The notes under the pieces were generated by a model that saw only the letters and a list, made by a program, of their open reading frames with translations, did not search any database and was not told the DNA's origin. The position numbers were made by a program, and so were the translations under genes. Positions 8,554 to 17,636 of a stretch of DNA of 64,000 nucleotides are shown here, piece after piece. This DNA is from a virus: the IMG/VR virus record IMGVR_UViG_3300018080_000117, positions 64,001 to 128,000 of that record, one strand, 5' to 3'. Within the stretch, counting starts at the first letter, position 1; each line of letters begins with the position of its first letter.

Positions 8554-9315
8554 ATGCTTAGCATCAAAGAGCAGCAAAAGCTGGTGGAGGAGTGCTCGTA
8601 CCTCGCAACAACCATCGCGGCAAAGTATTTCAAACGTAAAAAGGGGAATAAGCAAGAGGATTTTCTAGACCTTCAGCAGGAGGGGTTTGTGGGATTGTGC
8701 CACGCTGCAAAGCTCTACAATCCGAAGAACAAGGCTGGAGCTAAGTTTTCGACCTACGCGCAATACTGGGTCCACAAGTACGTCAGAAAGATGGCCATGA
8801 AGTCGATGAGCCCTTTGAAAATTTCCGAAGAGGCAATGCACAAGAGAAAGCGACTAAACGAGATCGCAGACCGTACTTACACAAAAAGCGGTGTCTACCT
8901 CGATTCAGAAATGCCTGAAATGAATGATAACTTATTGAAGCCCATTAGTTTGGATTTTCAGTACGAAAAATCTAAAGCTTCTTACGTCGTCAACGATTGT
9001 ATCGAGCCCAGCCAAAGCAACTCCTTAACAAGTTACTTCAATTGCTTTGGCGAAAGTGGGTTGATTAATCGTGTCGAGTACACGAAGATAAGAGAAGTAA
9101 TGCCTCAGCTCAACCCCAAAGAGCACCGGGTTCTAAACCATTACCTCAACGGTGTTGAAAAAACCGAGATTGCACGACGGTGCAAGGTTACCAAACAACG
9201 GGTATACTTCTTGTACAACTCCGCTGTGGAGCATTTGCAGGCAATAATAGGTAGCCAACAAAATGGATCTCAAATCGGCAATTCGCGCAAACAAACAGCT
9301 AACCAAACGATTTGA
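8554..9315 (+). CDS. sigma-70 family RNA polymerase sigma factor
   Basis: Region 2 DLQQEGFVGLCHAAKLYNP...KFSTYAQYWV and region 4 KTEIARRCKVTKQRV; start moved to the ATG at 8554 behind AGGGGG. Confidence 0.9.
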   Translation: MLSIKEQQKLVEECSYLATTIAAKYFKRKKGNKQEDFLDLQQEGFVGLCHAAKLYNPKNKAGAKFSTYAQYWVHKYVRKMAMKSMSPLKISEEAMHKRKRLNEIADRTYTKSGVYLDSEMPEMNDNLLKPISLDFQYEKSKASYVVNDCIEPSQSNSLTSYFNCFGESGLINRVEYTKIREVMPQLNPKEHRVLNHYLNGVEKTEIARRCKVTKQRVYFLYNSAVEHLQAIIGSQQNGSQIGNSRKQTANQTI

Positions 9316-10015
9316 ACGCTACCTAAAGGCCCACCCCGACGTACTAAAAAAAGTAAGCAAAAGGGTATCTACTCGCATCCGCAGACAAGCCTGCTTAGGA
9401 TACGCCCCCAAAAGCTACGACCTACAAGACTGGGCAAAACAAAGAAACATCCAACAAAGTACCTTAGCTGCGTTGGGGCTGGTTACGGAAAACGGAAACT
9501 CATTTTTCAGAAATCGAATTATCATCCCGATCTTTTATGCGGGTTGGGTAATTGGGTTTGGAGGTAGGGCAGTAGACGAATCGGACATAAAATACATCAA
9601 TTCCAAAAAGTCTGATCTGTTTGACAAAAAATCCGTACTATTCAACTTACAAAATGCACGAGAATCAATTATTAGAACAAAAGCTGCAGTAATTGTAGAA
9701 GGGTATTTTGACTGCTTGAAGATGCATGAGATTGGTATCACTAATTGTGTTGCCACGTGCGGAACTTCCTTCACGGCTGAACATGCTTCGATGCTTCAAA
9801 GGTATACCAACAAGGTCCTTATTGCGACGGACGGAGACGGTGCGGGAAGAAAGGCTGCCAAAAAGATTGCTCGGTCGCTTGCTAATCTTGGAATACCTTC
9901 CGCCAAACTCCGTTTACCTGGGTTAGATCCCGAAGAATTTGTCAACGAGTACGGTCCTACAAAGATGCGCAAGTTAATAAAAGCTACTTGGAGACGAGAT
10001 GGAAATTACCGCTGA
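9263..10015 (+). CDS. dnaG: DnaG-type primase catalytic core (TOPRIM) lacking the zinc-binding domain
   Basis: FRNRIIIPI, GFGGR, KYINS, VEGYFD, GTS, DGDGAG motifs; no N-terminal CHC2 finger. Confidence 0.9.
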   Translation: MDLKSAIRANKQLTKRFERYLKAHPDVLKKVSKRVSTRIRRQACLGYAPKSYDLQDWAKQRNIQQSTLAALGLVTENGNSFFRNRIIIPIFYAGWVIGFGGRAVDESDIKYINSKKSDLFDKKSVLFNLQNARESIIRTKAAVIVEGYFDCLKMHEIGITNCVATCGTSFTAEHASMLQRYTNKVLIATDGDGAGRKAAKKIARSLANLGIPSAKLRLPGLDPEEFVNEYGPTKMRKLIKATWRRDGNYR

Positions 10016-10448
10016 AGCACGTAAGGAGTTTGCACGAGCCCAACTAAGATTTCTAAGACAAAAAGGTGTCACTGATCAAGAACGGTTGAGTCGTATTTTC
10101 AAAGCAGCCGGACCAGGACAAATTAGAGAAGCGTGGAAATTGGCAAACTCCGAAACCTCTCAAGAGCGTATCGACCTTTTAGACGTAGTGTTGACGGGCG
10201 TTTGCGGATCTCAAAATTTTGGACGATCGAGAATGGAATCTGTTTTGAAAGAATGCGGTATATACGTTCCAGAAGCACCAAACACGAACTGCTTTTTTCG
10301 TGTTCTCGATGGAGCACTTGAAATTTTAGTTCCTGGTTCGTACGAGTTTGAAGAAAAAGATTTGGAACAGATTAGAGGTGGAGGCCAACAAAGCAATGAT
10401 GACATCGAAGCAACGCAAGCTGAAGAAAGCGAAGAAGATGATTATTGA
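9999..10448 (+). CDS. hypothetical protein with acidic tail
   Basis: 149-aa ORF coupled to the primase. Confidence 0.6.
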   Translation: MEITAEARKEFARAQLRFLRQKGVTDQERLSRIFKAAGPGQIREAWKLANSETSQERIDLLDVVLTGVCGSQNFGRSRMESVLKECGIYVPEAPNTNCFFRVLDGALEILVPGSYEFEEKDLEQIRGGGQQSNDDIEATQAEESEEDDY

Positions 10449-10566
10449 GGAACTAAACCGAAGTTACCACAAATGGGCTTGCGAAAAAGACGATAAAGAA
10501 ACAACTGTAACTTTGTCACGCCGAACCCACACAACCGTGGTCCAGTACCTAGACGCACTAATCTAG
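10438..10566 (+). CDS. small hypothetical protein, possibly truncated by the IS insertion
   Basis: ATG at 10438 overlaps the upstream gene and the ORF ends at the IS left boundary. Confidence 0.3.
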   Translation: MIIEELNRSYHKWACEKDDKETTVTLSRRTHTTVVQYLDALI

Positions 10567-12139
10567 TCTCACCGAATGCTAAGCTGTGCTTTCGATGAAG
10601 ACTAAGACCAAAAGCTTCGTTTGCGAGTTGCCTCTGGACCCCACAAGAGAGGATGAACGCAGACTGTTTGTTTGCTTCGAGGTCGCACGGCAAATCTACA
10701 ACGCGTGTTTGGGTGAAGGACTGAGACGACTCCGGCTAATGCGTGAAAGCCGTGACTGGCAGCGGGCTCGGGCTCTGCCAAAAGGTCATGAAAGAAGCAC
10801 ATTGTTTCGATCTTGTACGATCCGCTTTGGATTCCGAGAGTATGATCTGCACGCATACGCCAAGCAGTTCAATCGTGGCTGGCTCGGCCAGCATATCGAC
10901 ATCAACACAATCCAGAAGCTGGCAACCAGGGCGTATTGTTCTCTCAAGGAACACATGTTTGGCAAGCGAGGTCGACCTCGCTTCAAAGGCTATCGGGGCC
11001 TGCAGTCTGTGGAGGGCAAGACCAACGCGTCGGGAATTCGTTGGCGAGATGGTGTGGTTCATTGGAAAGGCTTGTCATTGCAAGCGTTGCTGGACCCGCA
11101 GGACAAAGCTGGTTGGCAGGCAGAAGCTCTGAGCCGCAGAACTAAGTACTGCCGCATTGTGCGGCGCCAGGTCCGAGGAAAGACCCGCTGGTACGTTCAA
11201 CTGGTGCAAGTTGGACTGCCGCCCCCTAAGCAACACGAGCGCACCAAGGCAGTCGTTGGTTTGGATGTCGGACCTAGCACCATCGCTGTGGTGGGCGAGC
11301 AAAGAGCCGTTCTGGAGCGTTTCTGTCCGTCGGTCGAGCAGCCCTGGCGCCAAACGCGTCGGATTCAAAGAGCCATGGACCGCTCGCGGCGGTCCACCAA
11401 CCCGGACAACTACAACCCAGACGGCACCGTCAAACCCGGCCGCAAAAGATGGAATCGTTCCGAGCGGTACAAGAGGCTCGCAGCCCAGCGGGCAGAGAAC
11501 GAACGCCGATTGGCCGCAGAGCGCAAGCGAGCCCATGGGGAACTTTCCAACCGCATTCTGGCGCTGGGCACGACGGTCAGAACTGAGAAGTTGAGCTACC
11601 GATCCTTCCAGAAGAACTTCGGCAGAAGCGTCAAGGTCCGTGGCCCTGGGATGCTTATCGACATGCTGCGCCGCAAGGCTGAGAGTGCTGGCGGCCAGCT
11701 CGAGGAGTTCCCAACGCAACCGACGAAGCTGTCTCAAGTTTGCCATGGGTGTGGCCAGACCAAGAAGAAGCCCTTGTCGCTTCGGACCCACGAATGCGAA
11801 TGCGGAGTGGGTCCGGTGCAGAGGGACTTGTACAGTGCGTTCCTGGCTTGCTTTGTAAGCCAGGCCAAGCTCAACGCCCGGCAGGCCCAAGAGGCCTACC
11901 CGGCTGCGGAACCGCTGCTGCGACGGGCGGCGTTGAGCTTCAATCAATCTGCGAGCAGAAGGGCTTCGGCTGCTTCTCGCGTCAACACAGACGTTAGAGC
12001 GGATCGTCCGTCGAAGGGGGTCAGGAAGGCATCGAGGCCGCAGACGTCGTACCGGCGTGGTTCCCATGTCCGGGAGGGCTGCGGAGAGATGCGTTCTGTT
12101 TCCTCCAGAACCCCCGGGCTTTAGCCCTGGGGAGGTTCA
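10555..12139 (+). mobile_element. non-autonomous IS200/IS605-family element (tnpB only, IS1341-like)
   Basis: GC-rich block in a lower-GC genome. Right-end hairpin GAACCCCCGGGCTTTAGCCCTGGGGAGGTTCA (~12108-12139). No tnpA. Left boundary is approximate. Confidence 0.8.
10586..12124 (+). CDS. tnpB: RNA-guided endonuclease TnpB
   Basis: RuvC-I GLDVG, RuvC-II RTEKL, Zn ribbon CHGC...CEC, RuvC-III QRDLYSAFLA; all three catalytic acidic residues are present. Confidence 0.93.
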   Translation: MLSMKTKTKSFVCELPLDPTREDERRLFVCFEVARQIYNACLGEGLRRLRLMRESRDWQRARALPKGHERSTLFRSCTIRFGFREYDLHAYAKQFNRGWLGQHIDINTIQKLATRAYCSLKEHMFGKRGRPRFKGYRGLQSVEGKTNASGIRWRDGVVHWKGLSLQALLDPQDKAGWQAEALSRRTKYCRIVRRQVRGKTRWYVQLVQVGLPPPKQHERTKAVVGLDVGPSTIAVVGEQRAVLERFCPSVEQPWRQTRRIQRAMDRSRRSTNPDNYNPDGTVKPGRKRWNRSERYKRLAAQRAENERRLAAERKRAHGELSNRILALGTTVRTEKLSYRSFQKNFGRSVKVRGPGMLIDMLRRKAESAGGQLEEFPTQPTKLSQVCHGCGQTKKKPLSLRTHECECGVGPVQRDLYSAFLACFVSQAKLNARQAQEAYPAAEPLLRRAALSFNQSASRRASAASRVNTDVRADRPSKGVRKASRPQTSYRRGSHVREGCGEMRSVSSRTPGL

Positions 12140-12160
12140 GTCCAGGGTCTCATGAGGGTA
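11950..12160 (+). ncRNA. predicted TnpB omega/reRNA (scaffold overlapping the tnpB 3' end, plus ~20-nt guide from the right flank)
   Basis: Established TnpB architecture; the low-complexity C-terminal ORF extension runs through the right-end hairpin; 5' boundary is a guess. Confidence 0.55.
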
Positions 12161-12259
12161 GGCCCTTAAGCCTTCGGGCAACCCTCCCTTCTTCCTTTCT
12201 CGCTTCCTAAAAGCTAAGCAAATAGCCAAGGCATAATCAACCAATCAAAGGAGATCATT

Positions 12260-12841
12260 ATGCGCTTGCTGCTTCGTTTTCTAAGTTGGTTGTCTTACGG
12301 CACAGGCCTTTGGCACTGGTGGAGTCGTTTCTATCGCAGACATTTAGAAGGCAATGGAAAAAAATCGGTCACCTTGCCAGTCGCAGACACTTGGGAGAAC
12401 CTTGAACAAATAATCGGTAAATTAGAATGGACACCTGATAAGTTTTGGCCGCACTTGTTTGACGTCTGCCAATCTGCTGAAGCGACTTGGTACAAGCATT
12501 TGCAAGGCCGCCCCGCAGGTGACTGTGATGATCATGCATTTTTAGCCGCGTCGATTATCGAAAATAGCTTTAACCTTTCTACGAAAGCAACCTTTGTGGG
12601 GCTTCTTACCGTGCTTTATGGAATAAAAGGTCATACTGTTTGTGTGTTTAAGTACATAGACAACAATGCTACGAGGTACGCACACCTTAGCAACTGGTAC
12701 AACGGAAAGATACAAAAAGGATTCAACTGCTTAGAAAACGTAGTTACTGAAATATTGGATTGCAAAAACGAACAACTTGTTCGTTGGTCATTGACCCGAA
12801 TAGAGCCTTTTACGCTAATCGAAAGCAAAACTAAGGTTTAG
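12260..12841 (+). CDS. transglutaminase-like cysteine peptidase
   Basis: GDCDDHA catalytic Cys, GHTVCV His, downstream SN; AAGGAG RBS. Confidence 0.75.
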   Translation: MRLLLRFLSWLSYGTGLWHWWSRFYRRHLEGNGKKSVTLPVADTWENLEQIIGKLEWTPDKFWPHLFDVCQSAEATWYKHLQGRPAGDCDDHAFLAASIIENSFNLSTKATFVGLLTVLYGIKGHTVCVFKYIDNNATRYAHLSNWYNGKIQKGFNCLENVVTEILDCKNEQLVRWSLTRIEPFTLIESKTKV

Positions 12842-12851
12842 TGAGGAATAC

Positions 12852-15197
12852 ATGGCTGTCATTACTTCTAACGCTTCCGGCAATTGGTCAGCAGGCGGTA
12901 CGTGGGTAGGTGGTGTTGCTCCTGCGTCCGGTGACTCTGCGGTTATCGCTAACACTCACGTTGTAGACATTGACGGAAATATTACGGTGGGTCCTGCCAG
13001 TGGGCTCGATCCTAACCCAACTAGCGATTGTTCGGTGTACATCCAAACTGGTGGAACCCTTCGAGTTCCGCATACCGTAGCAGGTAACTACACCCTTACG
13101 CTTCGCGGTCCAATCTACGTAGCTACTGGCGGTACGTTTACGATCGGTACCGACAGCGATAATCCAATTCCTAGTAACCGAACTTTCGATATTCTCTTCG
13201 ACGACATTACGGTCAACAATTGGATAGCAGGGTCGTTTAAGATCTACGGATACCCGTCTTACCACATGGCAGACGCCGATTCTTATCGTTCTAGAATTGA
13301 CACAGACGCTGGAGCAGGTGCAGGAGCTACGCTAAGTTTGCCAGATAGTGTGGATTGGCAAAGTGGAGACACCGTATTGGTTGGCACAGGCGGCGACCCT
13401 GGCCATGCGATCACAGGTGTAGAAAAGGTTACTCTTACTGGCAAGACAGACGCAAGCACCTTTACTGCCAACCTTGGGTCTAATCACTTTGGAGATGCAA
13501 ATTACGGGGATGTACTAGTAAACATAACTAGAAACGTAAACATCGATATCGGTGGGGCTTACCAGTACCAATTTGCAAATCGGGATAGTACAGTTTCATT
13601 TGTTAGAGACGCAGAGTTTGACCTTAACTGGTGCTGCTTTAGCAACGGAGGAAGAAGCACAGAAGCTCTTTTTGAGTTTGGTCTGTTGAATGCTAGGTAC
13701 GCTGCAGACAAGGTAAGCTTCAATCACGTATGTTTCGACACAATCCGATCGGCTACGGTACCTTGGATCAACATTGAGAACTGTGGGATCGATCCTGCGG
13801 ACGGGTATCAATTTACAGATCTCGTTTTTTACGACTCCTACATTTGTATTCGAGTACAAGACGGTACAGGCTGGAGGATAAACGGAATAACAAGCATTGA
13901 TGCTAATAGCACACACCTAAATTCTATAAACACAACCCTAGACTCAACAGGGATTGAAGAGGTTTTGAATGCTTGGTTTGTGTACGACGGTATTGTGTTC
14001 GATGACATCATGCCTAGTTTGGTGACTAACTTCAAAATCCATGGGGTTGACTATTTTGCTAATGTATCTTCAACCACTTCTAGTGACAACCAACGAAAGT
14101 CTAAATGGGATACTGGAGAAATTTTCGCTTTGCAAAATGTGGCAGGAACGTTGATAGGTACGGGGTCAGACAATCCTTTGAATTGGTTTTTCAAAGACGT
14201 TGAATGGAAATCTTGTCTTGGGCATTGTTTGAATTACAACGCATGCTCCGGTACTTCGGTGTTTGAGTTTGTTGGTTGTTCTTTTGACGGCAACAATACT
14301 GGCAATAACAACGCTCGTGCAGCAATCGCAATTAACCAAGCTCCTGGATCTTCGTTAATTTTTCGTTCGTGCAACTTCGGAACAACAACTCAAAATTATC
14401 GGTGGAACACCATATTCAACACACACCCACGAGGCGCTTTGTCTAGACTTCTTTTTTCTAATTGCGTAATCAAAGAACCTGCCAACTGGTCACCTACCAC
14501 AACCTATGACTGGTACGGAGACGGCGACAGAGAAAGACTGTGGGCGCTTGGACTAAATTCTTACCAATCGCAATACGACAGAATGCAACTTGGAATTAAC
14601 GGGTCATATGAATTGGTTGACTGCCAATTACTAAACGCAGCCGACGCCGATCAATGGAGCACTTTGTATCCGAACACCGATTCCGTAGCCTTTATACACG
14701 GCGGTGGGGAGATGCACAAAGTAAGTTCTGGAGAAGCCGCCGGTTATCAAGATGGAACTTATGCCCGAAAGTTTTTGCCGTTTAACCCAGGCATGCGAAC
14801 TTATGCAACCTATGCGAGACCGTTGCTAATCCCACTAACGAGCGGGGAACAGATAACAGTAACCTTAGACTTCAAGAAAAATTTAGCAGTGCAATCTGAT
14901 TTTCGCTTACCGAAACTGCACATGGAAGGCTGTGGTATCTCAACGCTAGACACTATGCAGGATATTCAAAACACCTGGGATACCCTTACAGTAACTGGAA
15001 CTGCTAGCTACACAGACGTTGTTCGGGTTACGGTATCTTGTTGGGCCATGGTCGACGATTCATACATATTGAGCGCCGACAACCCAACAAGACAAGCTAC
15101 TACGTCAACGGTAGGTGCTTACAACTATCCTTACGACCCTGGGGATTCAGACAACCTAATTTTATACTGTGATAAGCTTACCGTAACGATTAGTTGA
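12852..15197 (+). CDS. G8-domain / beta-helix virion surface or adhesin-like protein
   Basis: N-terminal SGNWS..TWVGGVAP..GDS.VI motif, VDWQSGDTV, VNITRNV, Asn/Thr-rich beta-helix-like body. Confidence 0.7.
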   Translation: MAVITSNASGNWSAGGTWVGGVAPASGDSAVIANTHVVDIDGNITVGPASGLDPNPTSDCSVYIQTGGTLRVPHTVAGNYTLTLRGPIYVATGGTFTIGTDSDNPIPSNRTFDILFDDITVNNWIAGSFKIYGYPSYHMADADSYRSRIDTDAGAGAGATLSLPDSVDWQSGDTVLVGTGGDPGHAITGVEKVTLTGKTDASTFTANLGSNHFGDANYGDVLVNITRNVNIDIGGAYQYQFANRDSTVSFVRDAEFDLNWCCFSNGGRSTEALFEFGLLNARYAADKVSFNHVCFDTIRSATVPWINIENCGIDPADGYQFTDLVFYDSYICIRVQDGTGWRINGITSIDANSTHLNSINTTLDSTGIEEVLNAWFVYDGIVFDDIMPSLVTNFKIHGVDYFANVSSTTSSDNQRKSKWDTGEIFALQNVAGTLIGTGSDNPLNWFFKDVEWKSCLGHCLNYNACSGTSVFEFVGCSFDGNNTGNNNARAAIAINQAPGSSLIFRSCNFGTTTQNYRWNTIFNTHPRGALSRLLFSNCVIKEPANWSPTTTYDWYGDGDRERLWALGLNSYQSQYDRMQLGINGSYELVDCQLLNAADADQWSTLYPNTDSVAFIHGGGEMHKVSSGEAAGYQDGTYARKFLPFNPGMRTYATYARPLLIPLTSGEQITVTLDFKKNLAVQSDFRLPKLHMEGCGISTLDTMQDIQNTWDTLTVTGTASYTDVVRVTVSCWAMVDDSYILSADNPTRQATTSTVGAYNYPYDPGDSDNLILYCDKLTVTIS

Positions 15198-15221
15198 CTT
15201 TTTCAAAAAGCACGGTACAAT
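15194..15221 (+). promoter_or_regulatory. sigma70-like promoter
   Basis: TTGACT(15194-15199)-16 nt-TACAAT(15216-15221). Confidence 0.65.
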
Positions 15222-15227
15222 TAATTT

Positions 15228-15313
15228 GCCTGCGGTCGATGTTCCCCCCCACATTGGTCCAGGCTTAGGCTGTGAGGGCCAGCCACAAGGTATCCGTAGG
15301 GTACCAGCCCTCA
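15228..15313 (+). ncRNA. candidate small RNA or structured leader with a C7 loop
   Basis: Begins ~7 nt after the -10 box. Hairpin GCCTG-CG-GTCGATGT/TCCCCCCC/ACATTGGT-C-CAGGC, then a second domain closed by TGAGGGC/GCCCTCA. Confidence 0.45.
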
Positions 15314-15384
15314 ATTCTTCCGTTGAAAATTCCAAAAAATCAGGTAGGTTTTAAGCACACTCAAAAACTCTTGCGAGGACAGGC

Positions 15385-16614
15385 ATGCACTCAGTTTCGG
15401 TTGTTGGGTTAGGGTACGTAGGATTGCCTTTGGCTCTGGCGTTTGAGGCTGTAGGGTTGCGCGTTTGGGGGATTGATCACGATCTTGAAAAAGTACAAAT
15501 GCTCAACCGCAAAAAATCTTACCTAACCACAGTCCACGACAACCGATTGCTTTTCGCTTCTGGGTTTCATGCCACAACTAAAAAAGCAGTAATTGCTGAA
15601 TCCGCTGCGGTTATTGTTTGCGTTCCAACACCAATCGACGAAAACAACGAACCTAACCTTAGTTACCTTAAAGACACTTGCCAACAAATTGCCGAACACC
15701 TAAACGGACAGCTCGTGGTAATCGAATCAACAAGCTATCCCGGAACAACCGAAGAGATCGTCAAACCGATCTTAGACTCTTCAGGAAAGCATTACAGCTT
15801 AGCTTACTCTCCCGAAAGAGAAGACCCCGGCAACCCTCATTACAACGTGTTCAACACGCCTAAGATCGTAGGAGCGGACGATAAGCTAAGCTTGGACCAG
15901 GCTATCGAACTTTACGAAAAGGTGTGCAAAACCGTAGTTCCGGTAAGTTCCTGCAAAGTAGCGGAGATGGCCAAGTGCTTGGAAAACGTCTACAGAATGG
16001 TCAACATTAGCCTGGTCAACGAACTAAAGGTTTTTTGTGACTGCGAGGGGATAGACATTTGGGAAGTAATCGAAGCCGCTAAGTCAAAGCCCTTCGGCTT
16101 TCAAGCCTTCTATCCAGGCCCCGGTACTGGAGGGCACTGCCTGCTACCTGATTCGATGTACCTCGCAGCCAGGGCCAAGCAAATCGGTGCTAAGGTCAAT
16201 TTCATCGAGCTGGCGGGACAAGTCAACAAGTCCATGACATGGTTTGTATTTAAAAAAGCTCGTCAGGCCCTCAAGGAAGTTTTGGACAAGGACCTAAAAG
16301 ACTCAAAGGTTTTGGTAATTGGACTGGCATACAAACCCAATATCAACGATACCCGCGAAAGTCCCGCATTCCCGCTTATCAAGGAACTAAAGTTTTTCGG
16401 GGCCGACGTGTGTTATCATGATCCATTTGTCCCCGTGTTCCCAAAAACCCGCAATTATGAGTTCGACCTTGCTTCGATCGACATTTGTGAGGACCACGGT
16501 ATTGACTGCGCGATTTTAGTGACGGATCACGACAATCTAAACTACTTAGAGATTTCTAAGTTTCCTGTCATTGTAGACACCCGCAACCGTATTCCTGCTG
16601 CCTTCAAAGCCTAA
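15385..16614 (+). CDS. nucleotide-sugar dehydrogenase (UDP-GlcNAc 6-dehydrogenase, WbpA/TviB/WecC family)
   Basis: GLGYVGLP, CVPTP, ESTSYPGTT, SPEREDPGN, GGHC catalytic Cys, GLAYKPNINDTRESP. Confidence 0.93.
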   Translation: MHSVSVVGLGYVGLPLALAFEAVGLRVWGIDHDLEKVQMLNRKKSYLTTVHDNRLLFASGFHATTKKAVIAESAAVIVCVPTPIDENNEPNLSYLKDTCQQIAEHLNGQLVVIESTSYPGTTEEIVKPILDSSGKHYSLAYSPEREDPGNPHYNVFNTPKIVGADDKLSLDQAIELYEKVCKTVVPVSSCKVAEMAKCLENVYRMVNISLVNELKVFCDCEGIDIWEVIEAAKSKPFGFQAFYPGPGTGGHCLLPDSMYLAARAKQIGAKVNFIELAGQVNKSMTWFVFKKARQALKEVLDKDLKDSKVLVIGLAYKPNINDTRESPAFPLIKELKFFGADVCYHDPFVPVFPKTRNYEFDLASIDICEDHGIDCAILVTDHDNLNYLEISKFPVIVDTRNRIPAAFKA

Positions 16615-16634
16615 CCTTACAAGGAGAGGGGTTT

Positions 16635-17075
16635 ATGCTAGTTCATCCACACCTGCACAAGGCGATGGAAAGCCTAAGAACCTTTGCGGATAAGAAGCAC
16701 CTCGACTTTGGCTGTATGGACTTAGGAACGGCGTACTCACACCTACGGGTCATGCGGTACAACACAATCGCAGAGATGATTCGAGAAGACCCCGATCTTT
16801 TCAGAAAGTGTGTGCGAGACGGAACCAAACCAATCAAAACGCTTCGCAACACATTGTCTTCAACAAAGACAGACTTCATAGTGAACACTCTGCGAAAGAG
16901 ACGGTGTACAAAGACAGAGCTTGCTGAACTTTTGCACGAAGAGTTCAACGATGGCCGCACCATCCGAGACCTTATTGGGTACGTCAATGAACGTTTCGTT
17001 GCGCTAAAAAAACGTGGAGTAAAAGTCATCAAAGTTGGTGCTAAGGGACGCAAAGGAGTTTACGAAATCAAATGA
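16635..17075 (+). CDS. DNA-binding protein with C-terminal winged-helix-like domain
   Basis: KTDFIVNTLR...TKTELAELL...GVYEIK; similar to the C-termini of 22680..23705 and 7585..8406. Confidence 0.6.
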   Translation: MLVHPHLHKAMESLRTFADKKHLDFGCMDLGTAYSHLRVMRYNTIAEMIREDPDLFRKCVRDGTKPIKTLRNTLSSTKTDFIVNTLRKRRCTKTELAELLHEEFNDGRTIRDLIGYVNERFVALKKRGVKVIKVGAKGRKGVYEIK

Positions 17076-17635
17076 AAGGATTCGATCTAATCTACGTTGA
17101 TCCTCCCTGGTCATACAAGGACACGTGCTCTGCGGGTAAACGAGGCGCTGTTCACAAGTACCCAGTGATGAGTTTAGAAAACATTATTAGCCTTCCTATT
17201 TGGAAGCTGGCATCAGACAACTGTCTTTGTGCTACTTGGGGGACGTGGCCTCAACTACCAATCGTTTGCCAAGCACTAGAGGGCTGGGGGTTTACGTACA
17301 AAAGCGTTGGGTTCGTCTGGGTCAAGACAACCAAAAACAAAAAGCTTCATTGGGGGATGGGCAACTGGACACGCGCAAATAGTGAGTTTGTTTTGTTAGG
17401 CGTGCGAGGAAAGCCAAAACGTGTGGACAAGGCAATTCATTCGATTGTGCATTACCCAATTTCGAAAACACATTCTCGAAAACCTAATGTAATACGAAAA
17501 AAGCTGGCTAGGCTTGTAGGCAACCCTGAACGCAAAATCGAATTGTTTGCCACAGATAAGGTTCCTGGTTGGCGGTGTACAGGGTTTGAAGTAGATGGTC
17601 GTGATATTCGAGATGTCTTGAAAAGGATAAAGTGA
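17072..17635 (+). CDS. MT-A70 family adenine methyltransferase
   Basis: DPPW, Y..MS, WGFTYKS..FVWVK, GMGNWTRANSE, HSRKP, IELFA. Confidence 0.92.
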   Translation: MKGFDLIYVDPPWSYKDTCSAGKRGAVHKYPVMSLENIISLPIWKLASDNCLCATWGTWPQLPIVCQALEGWGFTYKSVGFVWVKTTKNKKLHWGMGNWTRANSEFVLLGVRGKPKRVDKAIHSIVHYPISKTHSRKPNVIRKKLARLVGNPERKIELFATDKVPGWRCTGFEVDGRDIRDVLKRIK

Positions 17636-17636
17636 A

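Noticed and set aside
11075-12067. 330-aa antisense ORF and other overlapping ORFs within tnpB
   Set aside because: Shadow ORFs expected in GC-rich sequence; no recognisable motifs.
10586-12124. TnpB as a Cas12-type CRISPR effector
   Set aside because: No adjacent repeat-spacer array, and a typical IS200/IS605 right-end hairpin is present.
12144-12190. Fluoride riboswitch or pistol/HDV ribozyme
   Set aside because: The topology is loosely similar, but the conserved nucleotides I recall for these families (for example GCUGAUG in the fluoride riboswitch) are missing.
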